A DNA stretch of 64,000 nucleotides from Xylographa opegraphella. Taxonomy: Eukaryota. The notes below the pieces were generated by a model. That model did no database searches, had not been told where the DNA came from, and saw nothing but the letters and a program-made list of their open reading frames with translations. Shown here in pieces: positions 1-11,700 of this stretch (the first letter of the stretch is position 1; each line of letters starts with the position of its first letter). Where the stretch lies: NCBI GenBank assembly GCA_022813865.1, contig JALDZX010000001.1:620001-684000 (forward strand), written 5' to 3'. The translations under genes and the position numbers were made by a program.

Positions 1-1542
1 GGGTATGTAGATTTCGAAAAAATGCAAGGGCTTGAGGGTGTTGCTATAATCAATGTCGTCGACAACCTCGACGACGAGGAACAGCGTAAGTCAAAGGTAC
101 TCAAAACTATGATTACACATAACGATGGCGCACAATGGGCACCGCTGAAGGCACCAAAGAAGGATTCAAACGGTGAAGATTACGATTGTAACGTCGAAAA
201 TATGGACGAGTGCTCTCTCAACCTCCACGGGTACACGGAACGTAAGGATCCACGGGACACATTCTCTTCCGCTTCCGCTGTTGGACTCATGATGGGCGTC
301 GGAAATGTTGGCTCCAAGTTGACGAGAAAGGCTGAGGCAAACACATTCATTACAAGTGATGGTGGTGTCGTCTGGCGCGAGGTCATGAAGGGAAACTTTA
401 TGTGGGAATATGGTGATCAAGGCGGGATCATTGTGATTGTGGAAGACAACGTCGCTACGAATGTCGTCTATTACTCATTAGACGAAGGGTATCACTGGAC
501 AAAGTATCAATTTTCTGATGAGAAAATGATCATTGATGATCTTACAACACTACCATCAGACAACTCGCGGAATTTCCTTCTATGGCGAAGGGACACCGGA
601 AGTGGTGGTAAGATTACGACTGTCAACATAGACTTCTCTGGTCTTCGGGATAGGAAATGTATTCTCAACGAGGATAATCCAAGTGATCCTGACAGTGATT
701 ACTATCTCTGGGAACCCAAGCATCCTCTCCAGGATACCAATTGTCTCTTTGGCCACGTCTCGCAATATCATCGCAAGAAACTCGAGGCAGAATGTTGGAA
801 TGATTATAAAATCCATCAACTGCACAATATTGCCCAGAACTGCACTTGTACGAGGCAAGATTTCGAGTGGTAAGTAATTATTGCCTCCCCATTCATCGCT
901 GCCAATGAAGACTCTGCTGACTTGGGTTTTCTCTTCCGTAGTGACTATAACTTCGAGATTCAAACCGACAAATCATGTTTACTCGTGCCCGGCCTCCAGC
1001 CTTTCGACCATGCTCAGTTCTGTACCGAAGATCCCAATCGAATCTCTTACTACGAACCTACAGGTTATCGGCGCATACCCATCAGTACTTGCCAAGGCGG
1101 CAACGAATACGACGTTTCGACAGAACATCCTTGTCCTGGACATGAAGAAGATTATGAAGAGGTGCACAGGGGACTTAGCGGACTTGGATTGTTCCTTGTG
1201 GCTGTCGTGCTACCGGTCCTCGCAGCTAGCGGGATTGGCTATTGGGTCTGGCGGAACTGGGATGGTAAATTCGGACGCATCCGCCTCGGAGAGACAGGAA
1301 ACGCATTCGACGCCAACCAGCCATGGATACAATATCCCGTGGCGGCCATCTCGGCACTCGTTGCTGTCGTTGCAGCCATTCCTCTGGTACTTGCTTCGGC
1401 ATGGAGGGGTATTAGCAGCATGTTCGGTGGCGGGCGACGGTACACAACGCGCCAAAGTTTTGCGCGAGGCAGACAAGATTATGCTGTGGTCGATCCCGAC
1501 GAGGATGAGCTGCTCGGTGACGACGACGAGGAAGACGTATAG
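1..1542 (+). CDS. VPS10: Vacuolar protein sorting receptor Vps10/Pep1 (sortilin family), 5'-truncated; exons <1-869 and 942-1542
   Basis: BNR/Asp-box repeats (THNDGAQW, TSDGGVVW, SLDEGYHW), a Cys-rich 10CC region (CTCTRQDFEC|DYNF, YRRIPISTCQGG), one TM helix and an acidic DxxLL-type tail. GTAAGT..CCGTAG intron 870-941 joins the two ORFs. Confidence 0.96.
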
Positions 1543-1913
1543 GGATTTGTAGATGGAGTTCTCGGAGGGCTTTGATTGCATCCTTCTGCAACTTGTATCA
1601 CCATGGGGATAAGATGGATGGTAGACTGGACAGCATGCTTGGGAACTTCGTGGCCTTTGTAAGATGAGCGGGGCGTGAGTTCTTACATATGTGCCCTATT
1701 CAGCATTTTTGGCATAACGAAAAGCTTCACCATTCTTGATGCACCGCTTTCTTGTGCCTAAGTAGTTTTCTTATATAATAAGAAATATATCAACATCTAT
1801 TGGACCCTCACTCTAGTTTTTAGTTTTGTTCAGTGCGAAAACTCCCTATAATTCCCGCTCCTCCCTCACCACAAACTTCCCCAAACTCTACCCACATTCG
1901 AAACAGCCAAACA

Positions 1914-2860
1914 ATGGCAGAGACAGCAGAACCTCCTGCAGTCTCTACAGAACCCCAAGCCCGACATGTCATATACTGCGGCGGTACGCCACCTCGACCC
2001 CCACGTCCTAAAGCCCACCTCCCTCCTCCACTAACGTCGCTCCAGTCTGCACGCTTCCCCCAGAAGTGAGGACCCGATCCACCGTCTTCCTTCTTGCATA
2101 CTACCCCACCAGCATGAGCAGTTCCTCCCGCGCCTTTTCGCACAAGCTAAGAGCGACGCAGCAGGCTGACTCGGGGTCTTGCCTCCGCGTTAGTACTGCG
2201 AATTCGGCGGCACGGTGAAGAAGTGCGAGGAATGGCTCGAGAAGCACCACCCGGATATGCATGAGCGGTTCTATTCACAAGGTGAGAATTGCTCTGGCTT
2301 TCTTGACTTTACATGGGGGGCAGTTGTATGGTGGCCATGAGATACGCTATGATGTCGTTCGCTGTGTTGGCCGAGGGCCTATGTGCACCCATCCCAGTTC
2401 TATCGTCTCCCCGCTTCACATTGTCTAACACCTCGCCACCCCAGACGCCATCGCCGCCTCCCTCTCGACCCTCTCGGTCGACGCCCAAAAGCGCGCCGCC
2501 AAAGACGCGGCCAAGAAAGCGGCCAAGGCGACCGCGGCGGAGGAGCGGGCGGCCGAGAAGAAGGCGTCCTCAAAAATCCTCATCAAGCGCGTGGAGCGCA
2601 ACAAGCGGAAGTACGTGACGGCGGTGTCGGGGCTGGAGGCCTTCGGGCTCGACTTGAAGAAGGTGAGCAAGGACTTTGGAAAGAAGTTCGCGACCGGAAG
2701 CAGCGTGACGAAAATGGCGGGCGGGACAGGCGAGGAGATCGTCGTGCAGGGCGACCTGAGCGATGAGATCTGGGAGATGCTGGTGGAGGGGGAGGGTTAT
2801 GGCGTGCCGGAGGATAATGTGGATTGTGTGGAGGATAAGAAGAAGAAGAGCGCCGGATAG
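1914..2860 (+). CDS. TMA22: Translation machinery-associated protein 22 / DENR (SUI1 domain); exons 1914-1983, 2046-2065, 2194-2281, 2445-2860
   Basis: Spliced product contains VIYCGVCTLPPEYCEFGG and RVERNKRKYVTAVSGLEAFGLDLKKVSKDFGKKFATGSSVTK..EEIVVQGD. All three introns are GT-AG. Confidence 0.95.
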
Positions 2861-2941
2861 GGGCGGTAGAGGTTTTATGAGGGCAGTGGAATAAAGCTTG
2901 TAGGCTGCCACACTTCATGCATGCTTGGAAATAAATGGATG

Positions 2942-4235
2942 CTATAATTCGTCGAAGACGCGGAGACGGGCGTCGAACTCATCCTGCGCGCTGCTCTCTT
3001 GGGGCAGACTACTTCTGGTGCCGTCAGGCGGTCTACCATCGCCGAGAAGACGAGCCGCCGCATCGGTGTGTATTTCGTCTCCGAAAATGGCATCGACCCT
3101 TCGACTAGCTTCAACGTTTGCTCTCCCTTCGAGCTCATCCGACTCTCCTTGCCAGCGATTGAAAACCACCATGATCAAAAATAGACCCAAGAGCGAACCG
3201 AGCACGCCGCACAGAATGCTGACCCTCCTCTTCCCTCTCCTTTTCCCTTCCGTCTCACGCTGTTCCCATTCTTCCACTCGGGTTTTCACACTTTCAACCC
3301 TCTCTCCTAAGCCTATCACACGCGCCCTTGCAGCCATCATTCTCGCCTCGAGGGCAGAAATGCGTTCGCTCTGCAAGTTGTCAAAGTTTTCTCGCAGACT
3401 CGCAATTTGAGATGAGACATCAGCAGTAAGCGATGGTATTGACGAGCCGGTGAACTCATCGAGAAGAGTCTGTGATCGTACCGCAAGGTCGCTCAGTAAG
3501 GACAGTGAATTTGTTATCGAAGGAAGGCTGGAGAGAAGCGAATAGTACGTATAGTCCAGCTGGCGGGTTGTCGATGTGGCGAGGTTCGATAGTGATGTGA
3601 GCTGTTCACGAAGCTTTCTGAAGCGTAATGGTCAGTTGTGAATTCAACTACAGGCAAAACAGCGAGCATGATGAGACAACTATTCGGCTGCAGGGCGGGC
3701 CGAGGCTGACATTGATTGCCGTACAGAATCGAACTCACTTTTGGCACTCCATTCTCCTCTTTTTCTGTCTCGTCACATCTGCCCAAGTTGCCTCTCTGAT
3801 AACCCTGGGCTCCCATCCTTCTGATGCAGAACCAGGTCCATCCTCATCCCTCTCCAACTCCTTCTTGTCTCCCTTATTATGCCTCTCTTCTCTATTTCCT
3901 CGGGCAGCAAATCCTCTCGCAGTACTTTTGACAGGGCTTAGAATTTCCCCAAATGCCGTTGACTGCAATAGTGCTGCTTGTACCGTTTTCACCGGCTCGC
4001 GATGCCGGTGAGGCCGGTGAGGGTGGTGAGGAATATGATGGTGAGGTTTCAGTGTCGCCTGGCTGGTCTGGACTTTCGGTGAGGTGGGTTTTGTCGTTGA
4101 TGGTTCGGGGCCTTCTTTCGAGGGTTGGAAGTTTTGCGAGACAGCAGAGGGGTCTTTACGGGGTGGTAAGATTGTGGAAGGGATTGAGCGTGGAGATGGG
4201 GTGGACGGCGAGGTCAGCGAAGGTGTAGTCGACAT
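2942..4235 (-). CDS. Fungal hypothetical protein with coiled coil and C-terminal TM helix; exons 4235-3739 and 3617-2942
   Basis: GTGAGT..CTGAC..CAG intron (3738-3618) joins two open frames. Protein has a His-rich patch, TTRQLDYTYYSLL, a heptad region and hydrophobic ILCGVLGSLLGLFLIMVVF. Confidence 0.8.
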
Positions 4236-5056
4236 TATATCTGCACTTGCTTCCTTGGTTGAATGGTTAGAGATGCAGTATGATTTAAAAAGCTGGAATT
4301 ATGGCAAGGCGTATGGAGTCTACACTGTATCTTTCTGTGTTCTTCTGCAGCGCAAAATCAGCTATTAACTCTCACTCTCAAAGTGTCAGCTAAAGAAGGA
4401 CTCCATGGTGCTCGATCGGGAACAACTGAACTATCAGTCGCATCCACAACGAGCTCTAGGTTGGTCGAAGGTTACCCGGATATGCACTCACACGTGCTGT
4501 GACGCTAGACCAGGTTGAGGTATCCGAGACATCGTATGTGCGATATGACTGAGTAGCGTCCTGGTGATAATGTCCAGAGACGGCACCACTCGCCTCTCGA
4601 GGTAGATCGTTTACTGATGGAATGCGCTTTCAACCTTGACGATTGTAACGCACAGTCCATTCTGTGAGTATCACCAGTAGGAATGAGCCTTTCCTTAATA
4701 GAGCCACTCGTGAAACCGCTATCCTCTTATCCTACTCATGTGCTTCTCAAACCATTTCTTAACAAACAAATTACCGCTGGAAAATGGCGAGTCCTCGACA
4801 TTGATATCGATTGCACTCATGGCCTTTGCGTGTTTATAATTCCGAAATATGCTTGGGTTTGGTCGGGGAAGGTCTGCGCATTCGCTTCAGTAAATCTCCT
4901 AGAGCCTAATGTATATTTTGCTTTGCGCATTGAATAGGATTATTGTGCTATATCGTTGCTTGGTGCATCAATTTGGGTGGTGTGGTTCATCAGAAGCAGG
5001 ACGTGAAGAAAGTATATATATCGCAACAAGACGGTTGTATTTCAGCATTAGCAGAA

Positions 5057-5151
5057 GGCGGCCACATCGGGTGGTTTGGATCAAACTGTCAACCTACCTC
5101 CGTCGCCAAAAGTCACCAAAGACCCCCGGGTTTGAATCCCGCTGTTCGCCT
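5057..5151 (+). other. Degenerate tRNA-like sequence (possible tRNA pseudogene or SINE head)
   Basis: T-arm-like CGGG-TTTGAAT-CCCG; 5' GGCGGCCA partly pairs with 3' TGTTCGCC; D-loop-like GGTGGT. No valid anticodon stem. Confidence 0.25.
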
Positions 5152-6635
5152 GCCTCCTCCGAATTTATAAGTCAGCATTAATCGACCGAAATATAAGTCA
5201 GCATAGCCGACAAACACACAGGAAACCACCTTAAAGTACAGGTTGTTTCATAAGATATCCCGAGGATATCTGAACTTTTTTGTCATTTCGTTCTCCAAAC
5301 ATAATTTAGTCCTGTCTGCCAAATAATCCTGTCCTCATTCATGATCCCCAATTATATTTTATCCTACAGCTGAGAGCAAATAATGATCATCAAGTTCATC
5401 CTTTCAAGGTACGTTCTCACTTCCAAAGCTTTTACCTAATAGTTATCACTGTATTACATGTATTGTGTGTTTGGTCACTTCTGTTTGACCGCAACAGCTA
5501 CAGAACTCACTTGCCCAGCTGCAAATCATTATTCGACACTATTGCACTGGTTCATCATACACAAGTAGGTGTTCTCCGACGCGAAGAAGATCGATCAAGT
5601 TATTCCTGAAAGGCTCCTTCTGATATTTCAGATAGGCTCCTTCTGGATGTGGGTGAACCATGAAACGCTATTTATTCTACCCAATCCCTGATACACTTGG
5701 CCTCAATTTGTCGTTGCAAGAACAGACTACTAGCTATATAACAGCTCTATGTACCCTTCAGTCGCCTACTCTGCTTCAACCTCTCGAGTCACATACAATC
5801 GGAAATACTGTTTCGCAAAGATTACTACAACAAGACGCAAGCAGTATACCCCAACAAGCTATCTGAGGAAACCTTCTGCTAACACACCTGTCCTCGCGAA
5901 TATACCTCGAAAGAAATCAATAAAGGGGAAGAGTTGGTGTTGACAAACACTCTCTTCAAAGATTACCAATCTCAAAAACACCATCGAGCACTACAAAGCA
6001 AAGTTCTCTGATAACAAGGTGGGACCTGTTAAACCGATGTATAGCTTCGCACGCAAAGGTACCGCCACCAAGCCACTCCCACAAAGGCTCCGCAGCTTGT
6101 CTATCCCGCGTATCCGAACCCGTCATCAGATCACTGGCCCGAACAGCTTGGCGGAGCTACCAAAGACAGAACCCACGGCAACGCAAGACGGCACTACCGC
6201 TGCCCAGCCGGAGACGTACGCAGTGCGAGCTTGATCTATAGCGAGGGAGGCTTGTTTCGGTATATAGTAAACGGTGTGCGGTGCGGAGTGAAAGGTTATG
6301 AAGTTCTGCATAGCGGCGCTAGGTTGAAGGCGCTGTCTTTGTTTTTCCTGCCTTCTCAGACTACCTTATACATAGCAAATATGTTAATTCAAGCCTCAGC
6401 TGGGCTGCCTGGGTGTAGGGAGTCCAGAAAAGCGGGCACTCGATACGGTATGTAAAGACCCGGACACCGGACCATGATATCCACTTTCTCCACACACCTG
6501 CATGCTCACGCCAGCGAAACCCAGTCGCCCCCTCATGATACATTAATCACAACCCATCTACCCATTATCCCCCCCCACTCCCCACTCCCCACCCCCCTCC
6601 GATACCCCTCCCACACCCCCCACCCAACCAACCCA

Positions 6636-7732
6636 TCAAGGAAACCAACCCCGCAACGCCTCATACACTGCAAAAATAAACGCCGAGCTCGGCGCCGCCC
6701 GCGCCACCGTGATGCCACACCCCCTATACAACCCGCTGACGCCCTGCAGCCGCCACAGCGCCGTGGCCACGACCCAAAAGGAGCGCCTCGCCCCCCCAGC
6801 CCGCTGCGCGACGTCCTCTGTCTGCATGCGCGACTTGACCGTGTCGGCGGGGTAGAAGACGAAATTGTAGCTGACGCCCGCGGCCGCGCCGGCGAGCATC
6901 TGCTGCCACAGCGGGAGCGGTGCGGCGGCGGCGGCGGCAGCTTCGTGCAGGGGCGTTGTCGGGTGGGGACGGGCGTCGTAGCGCCGGAACAGGGCCGAGG
7001 CTCCTTCGTAGCTGCCGAACCAGGCTGCGGAGCCGCCCGTTTCGCGGATCAGGGTGCCCAGCTGGCCGTGCCAGAAGCCGGCGAGGCCGTGGTGGCGGTA
7101 CACGGCGGCGACGACGGCGACGGGGCCGGCGCCGCGGTGCAAGCCCGCGCTCAGGGGCACCTGCATCTGGCATTTCACCAGCTCGATGGGCGTCAGCAGC
7201 AGGCTTGTGAAGGCGCCGCTGGCGGCGCCGCAGGCTACGAGGGCGCGGAGCGGCAGGGCGAGGGCGGGGTCGGCGTCGGAGGACGAGGGCGGGTACAGCG
7301 TTGCGCGGAGGGCGGTCTGCGCGAGGCGGTAGCTGAAGAAGAGGCTGCTGGTCTCGATGGCGGCGCCGAGGAGGGGGGCGCTCACGCCGCGGTAGAGGCT
7401 GGAGAGGCCGTCCGTGTGGAGGGATTGCCGCATGCAGTCGAGGGGGCCGGCGTAGCGGAGGGGGAGGGAGGAGGGTTGGGATTGCAGGCGGACTTTGATC
7501 GTATCGAAGGGGTATTCGATCGTTTTGCCGATGATGCCTGCGATCTTTGGAGGGGGTGTTAGTTGAGGTCTTCGAGGAGTTAAGGGGAGGGGGGAAGGAG
7601 ACGGACAGATCCGAAGGTGATATCCTTCAGCGCTTCTAGGCTCTGGCTGCACTTTGGCGGTGTGAGCGGGGAGGGCGTGCCATTGTCGGGCTGGGCAGAC
7701 ACTGAGAGCTTCCGCTCCACAGTCTCGGTCAT
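6636..7732 (-). CDS. ORT1: Mitochondrial carrier, ornithine transporter type (Ort1/Arg-13-like); exons 7732-7607 and 7545-6636
   Basis: Three Px[DE]xx[KR] signatures ([30 protein letters not shown]), [14 protein letters not shown] and [10 protein letters not shown]. The splice gives KDITFGS|IAGIIGK. Confidence 0.88.
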
Positions 7733-8279
7733 CGAGGTGGGAAGACAAAGCGGGAATGGGAGGGTACTTCGGGAGAGTCGCTTCGAAGATGGCCGTCCGT
7801 TTTCTCGAAGGAAAAGAACGGCCGGGGCCTGCGAAGGTTATTGCGCAGACATTGTGGGACGGTGGAGGTATGAGGCAATTAGGATTTTTCAGGTGGTGGT
7901 TTGTGGGTGCGTTGGTGACTCAGGCGAGGGGCGAGTGAGGTGCTGCAACAAGAGCTTTAAGAAAGAGTTCAACTGTATCTTTCGATGAACGCCTATCGAT
8001 CACGTCCAGCACTTGAGTGATATGAGCATCTCTATTGCGCAATGGAAGCAATTCAAAGAGTCTTCTAGTTCAGTGGTCTCCAATCGGCTACCCCATGCCA
8101 AGCCGCTAAGATAAGACCCAGCCGTATCCACTCAGCCATATCAGCCATTCAGGAAATTCTTCACTCGACGACAGAAACATTTGAGCACCACACCACACGT
8201 GTGAGGAGTATCACCATCTCTCACTGAAGCCCGCAGCATACAAAGACCATTCCACACAGCGAGCACGAAATCACCAAGC

Positions 8280-8770
8280 ATGTCCACCGCCTCCACGCGT
8301 CCCACCTCTGGCGGACCCAAATCAGCCCCCTCGATCCGCAAAAACGGTACGCCGGCCCCCCCCCATCTCTTCCGCCCTCCCCACCACCCAAAAGCCCATT
8401 CTTCCCCCTTCCGCCCCCCTCACTCTCACCTCCAACCCCCCTCTCAACCACAAAATCCCATCCATACTAACCACCCCCAGGCCAGCCCCCCCACCCACAT
8501 CCGCGCCCCCCCTTCCGCCCCAGCGCCTCCCTCACGCCCTACAGCAAGCGGCTCGCGGCACGCACGGCGCTCGCAGCGACGAAAGCGAAGGAAAAAGAAA
8601 TGAAAGCGGAGAAGGAGGCGGGGCGGCAGGAGCGGGTGGCGGCGATCAAGGACAAGCGGGCGCGCAAGGCGGAGCGCGAGCGGTTCGAGCGGATGGCGGA
8701 GACGATGCATCGGCGGCGGGTGGAGCGGGTGAGGAGGCGGGAGGGGAGGAATCGGGTGTTGAAGAGTTAG
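8280..8770 (+). CDS. CGR1: rRNA-processing protein Cgr1; exons 8280-8346 and 8481-8770 (118 aa)
   Basis: Spliced product ..RKNG|..FRP..YSKRLAARTALAATKAKEKEMKAEKEA..IKDKRARKAERERFERMAETMHRRRVERVRRREGRNRVLKS matches the Cgr1 pattern. GTACGC..ACTAAC..CAG intron keeps frame. Confidence 0.88.
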
Positions 8771-11700
8771 GTGTGGGGGAGGGGGGAGGGTGGGAGGGGG
8801 TGGTGAGGGGGAGGGAGGGGGTGGAGGATTGGATGGAGGGGAGGGAGTGGTGGAGAGGAATGGAGGAATGGGAGGGGTTAGTGGGGATGGATGATGAGAG
8901 CAATGGAAGGGAGTGGAGGGGATGGACAATGAGAGGGAATCTGGTGGTAGTGGTTGGTACTGTGCGGGTAGAGGTCTACTGTCTGGCGTGGTACAGGAAG
9001 ATGGGAGTGGGAGGAAGGACCACTGGGTCCAGCTGCCCATCTAAGCAACATCTCTGCACGGGGGCATACCGCGATGCCCGATGAGACGAGTGGTGCTTTT
9101 TTCGCCCGCAGACGAGCATGAACGTTTGATGGAGAAAACCAGAGAAGCGACGTCACATCGTATGTATGGCTCTCGACATGCGTTTCATGATGAAAATTTG
9201 CGCTATGTCGTGCATTAATTCAACTATACCTACATCTTCTACTTGGAAACATTATTGACGATGTAAGCTTGTAATGAAAAACGACCTTTGCTAAGCAGAC
9301 TACCTTGGGTAGCCAAGTAGTGCTGAAGGTCCCACCGGATAGTTGGTCGATTCGAGAGCATCTTGCATGAAATGAAAATTTGCTATTTGCTCAATACAGA
9401 AGTATCGTTGATATACGTGTGTTCGATCTCAGATGAAGATATACCATTAAGAGCCTGTATAGGACACGATCCTGCCATACTAACAGTCAAGACCACATCC
9501 TCAACGGTAATCAAGCTCACATCCCCAACGAGTAAGCAACCCTTAACCGAGAGACGAGAAGTCTAAAACTCTGACGGAAGGGCCAGCCATGGAAGCCGAT
9601 GAGAAGAATGAAAGCTTGTTACCTTACCCTATGCAGATAGGTACCTTAAATACCTACCATATGCAAGATCCCCATGACGCCCCCCCCCCCATGGAAGAAA
9701 AAAATCACATGTGAAGCATAAAAAGAAACTTTCGAGGACAAGCACTTTACCCGTCCTGATCTTTCCGCACTGGCACTATCTACAAGGTACCTACCTTATG
9801 TACCTAGGACGTGAGGACGTAAATAAATCGCTCCGTAGTTCCGCCGAACAGCAAACACGGGCCGTACCGTGCCGAAAGGCCCCACTTTCACAAAGGAAGC
9901 TAGACCGAGACGCGTCCAAAGGTCGAAGAGTCTCCCCTCCTCCGAAGGCCCGCCCCCCAACCGGCCGGAAAGGCAGGGGAAAAGGGCAAATCAGTCGGCT
10001 CAAAACCCTTGTGCCCCAAGTCCGAGACGCACATGAAAATGGGGGCAGGGGGGCAGCCAAGCTAAAAAGACTTTGGATAGTGCCAAGACAGGTGTTTTAC
10101 GAGTCGTGTCCCATACGTAATGAGGGTTCATGCTGCAGCCGGAAGGGCGGAACGTCGGGACAACTGCTCAGCGAACGGAAGACTTTCAAGGAGGCCGTTT
10201 ATTTATGCCGTCTGTGTTTTTATGCAAGCCAATGCATCATGCCCCACCTTGGCTGCTCGATCGTCCAACGACGGGAAAAAGGGTCCCTGTCAGAGCGTTG
10301 ATGGTCAGGGCCCCGTACAATCACATGTTAAAATGTCGCAATCGCCCTGCTCGTGGCAGCATTCGAGCTCTGCCACTGGCCGGAAACTACGTGATTCTGC
10401 TCACGCCCACGACGCAGGGCCATGTCGTCAAATTACCTACCTGTAACCTAGTCTACCTTACTTTTACCTGCGTAAGGTATCCCTTGCCTTACAGGTGCGT
10501 CTGCAGGCGTGGCAGCTGCACGGAGACCCCCACGGCAATGCAACAACGATACGAAGCACCCTTTCGTCAGCAAGCCACAGGAGACCTTTGCCCCTCCCCC
10601 GACCTCGACCTCTTCTTGCTTTGCGCGCCCCAGAACGTGTTCGGACACGCGTCGTCGTTGCTCGTCGACTCCCACGCTTTTGGCCTGCCTTATCGCCTGT
10701 GTCGCACGGCATGTGGGAATCAGACGGCTGGAGTGTCCTCGAGATAGCGAGTTGCACATGCGGATTGCAGAAGCTCGCCATATCCGACAACGGCTTCTGT
10801 GAGCACGGCTTCTTGACTTCCGAAGGGAGAAGCTCACTCAATGGGTTCGCAGCTTGTTGTTCTGCAGCGACGAAGAAAGCGGCCAGGAATCAAATAGTCT
10901 CCCCTGCTCGCTTGAGAGGAGACGCGCTGCCCATGCATCGGCTGTCCGGTTGAATAGTGAAATCGCGGATCCTGGACGTGTTTTACTGTGGGCCACCGGA
11001 CAAGAGCGTGAAAGTGTAGGTAATTGGTGACGCTCGAGTACGGCTCTCAGCCACCCATTACAGGATGATGAGCCACGTTCTTGAACCTGTTCTCGGTCGA
11101 GGATACCCAGGTACTCCGTCAAGCCGCTTCCCTTAGATCGACTCTTGCGGTGCTGCGACGAAGGGAAACGGGGGTGCCTTACCCGTTCAAGAGCTGATCC
11201 GTGTCCGATGGTCTAGGCCTCGCGCGAGAGAAAAGACTTTAGATAAGGCTTTCGCGACCAAGATAAGGTAGGTTCTTCCGTCATCCGATCAATGTGGCGA
11301 TGTGTTGTCAATTGCGGGATGCGATCATTGTTGACCCTCATCACCACGATCCGGCACAGCGACGCTGCTGGTGCACGATACAACAGAAGCGGCCTGATCC
11401 ATCCAATGACCCAATGGACCACCAGCATCTGTGATCAAAGCTTCGTCGGCTTGGGGGTTGGTGGCGAGTATGCATGGCGCTTGCAGCCATGTGGGTCTAA
11501 CAGCCGAAAGCAGCTGCGCGCCACAGCCCCGTCATCTTGGCTCGGGGGGCCTTTGGGGTGGCATCCACCGCTCCACAACGTCTGTGCGTTGCTTTATCTT
11601 CACCGCAGGCCCTCACAAGCTTTCCATCAGGTCCACTGCGGTGCACAGGTACTCGTTCTGCTATTCGAATCGCTTGGAGCTAATGCTGCGACGACCGGAA

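Noticed and set aside
5057..5945. Selenocysteine system (tRNA-like element with a 4-bp T-stem plus a nearby Cys-TGA in-frame stop)
   Set aside because: No paired anticodon stem or CTTCAAA loop, the ORF resembles no selenoprotein, no SECIS is evident, and Pezizomycotina are not known to have Sec machinery.
6474..7562. 362-aa + strand ORF, and similar long shadow ORFs (34553-35395, 54979-55965, 8444-9040, 16297-17106)
   Set aside because: Antisense to real genes or produced by GC-rich, low-complexity sequence with few stops; no protein-like features.
9187..9330. C/D-box snoRNA candidates (RTGATGA at 9187, about 29560, 49169 and 61443)
   Set aside because: No suitably spaced CTGA with a terminal stem and no recognisable rRNA guide sequence.
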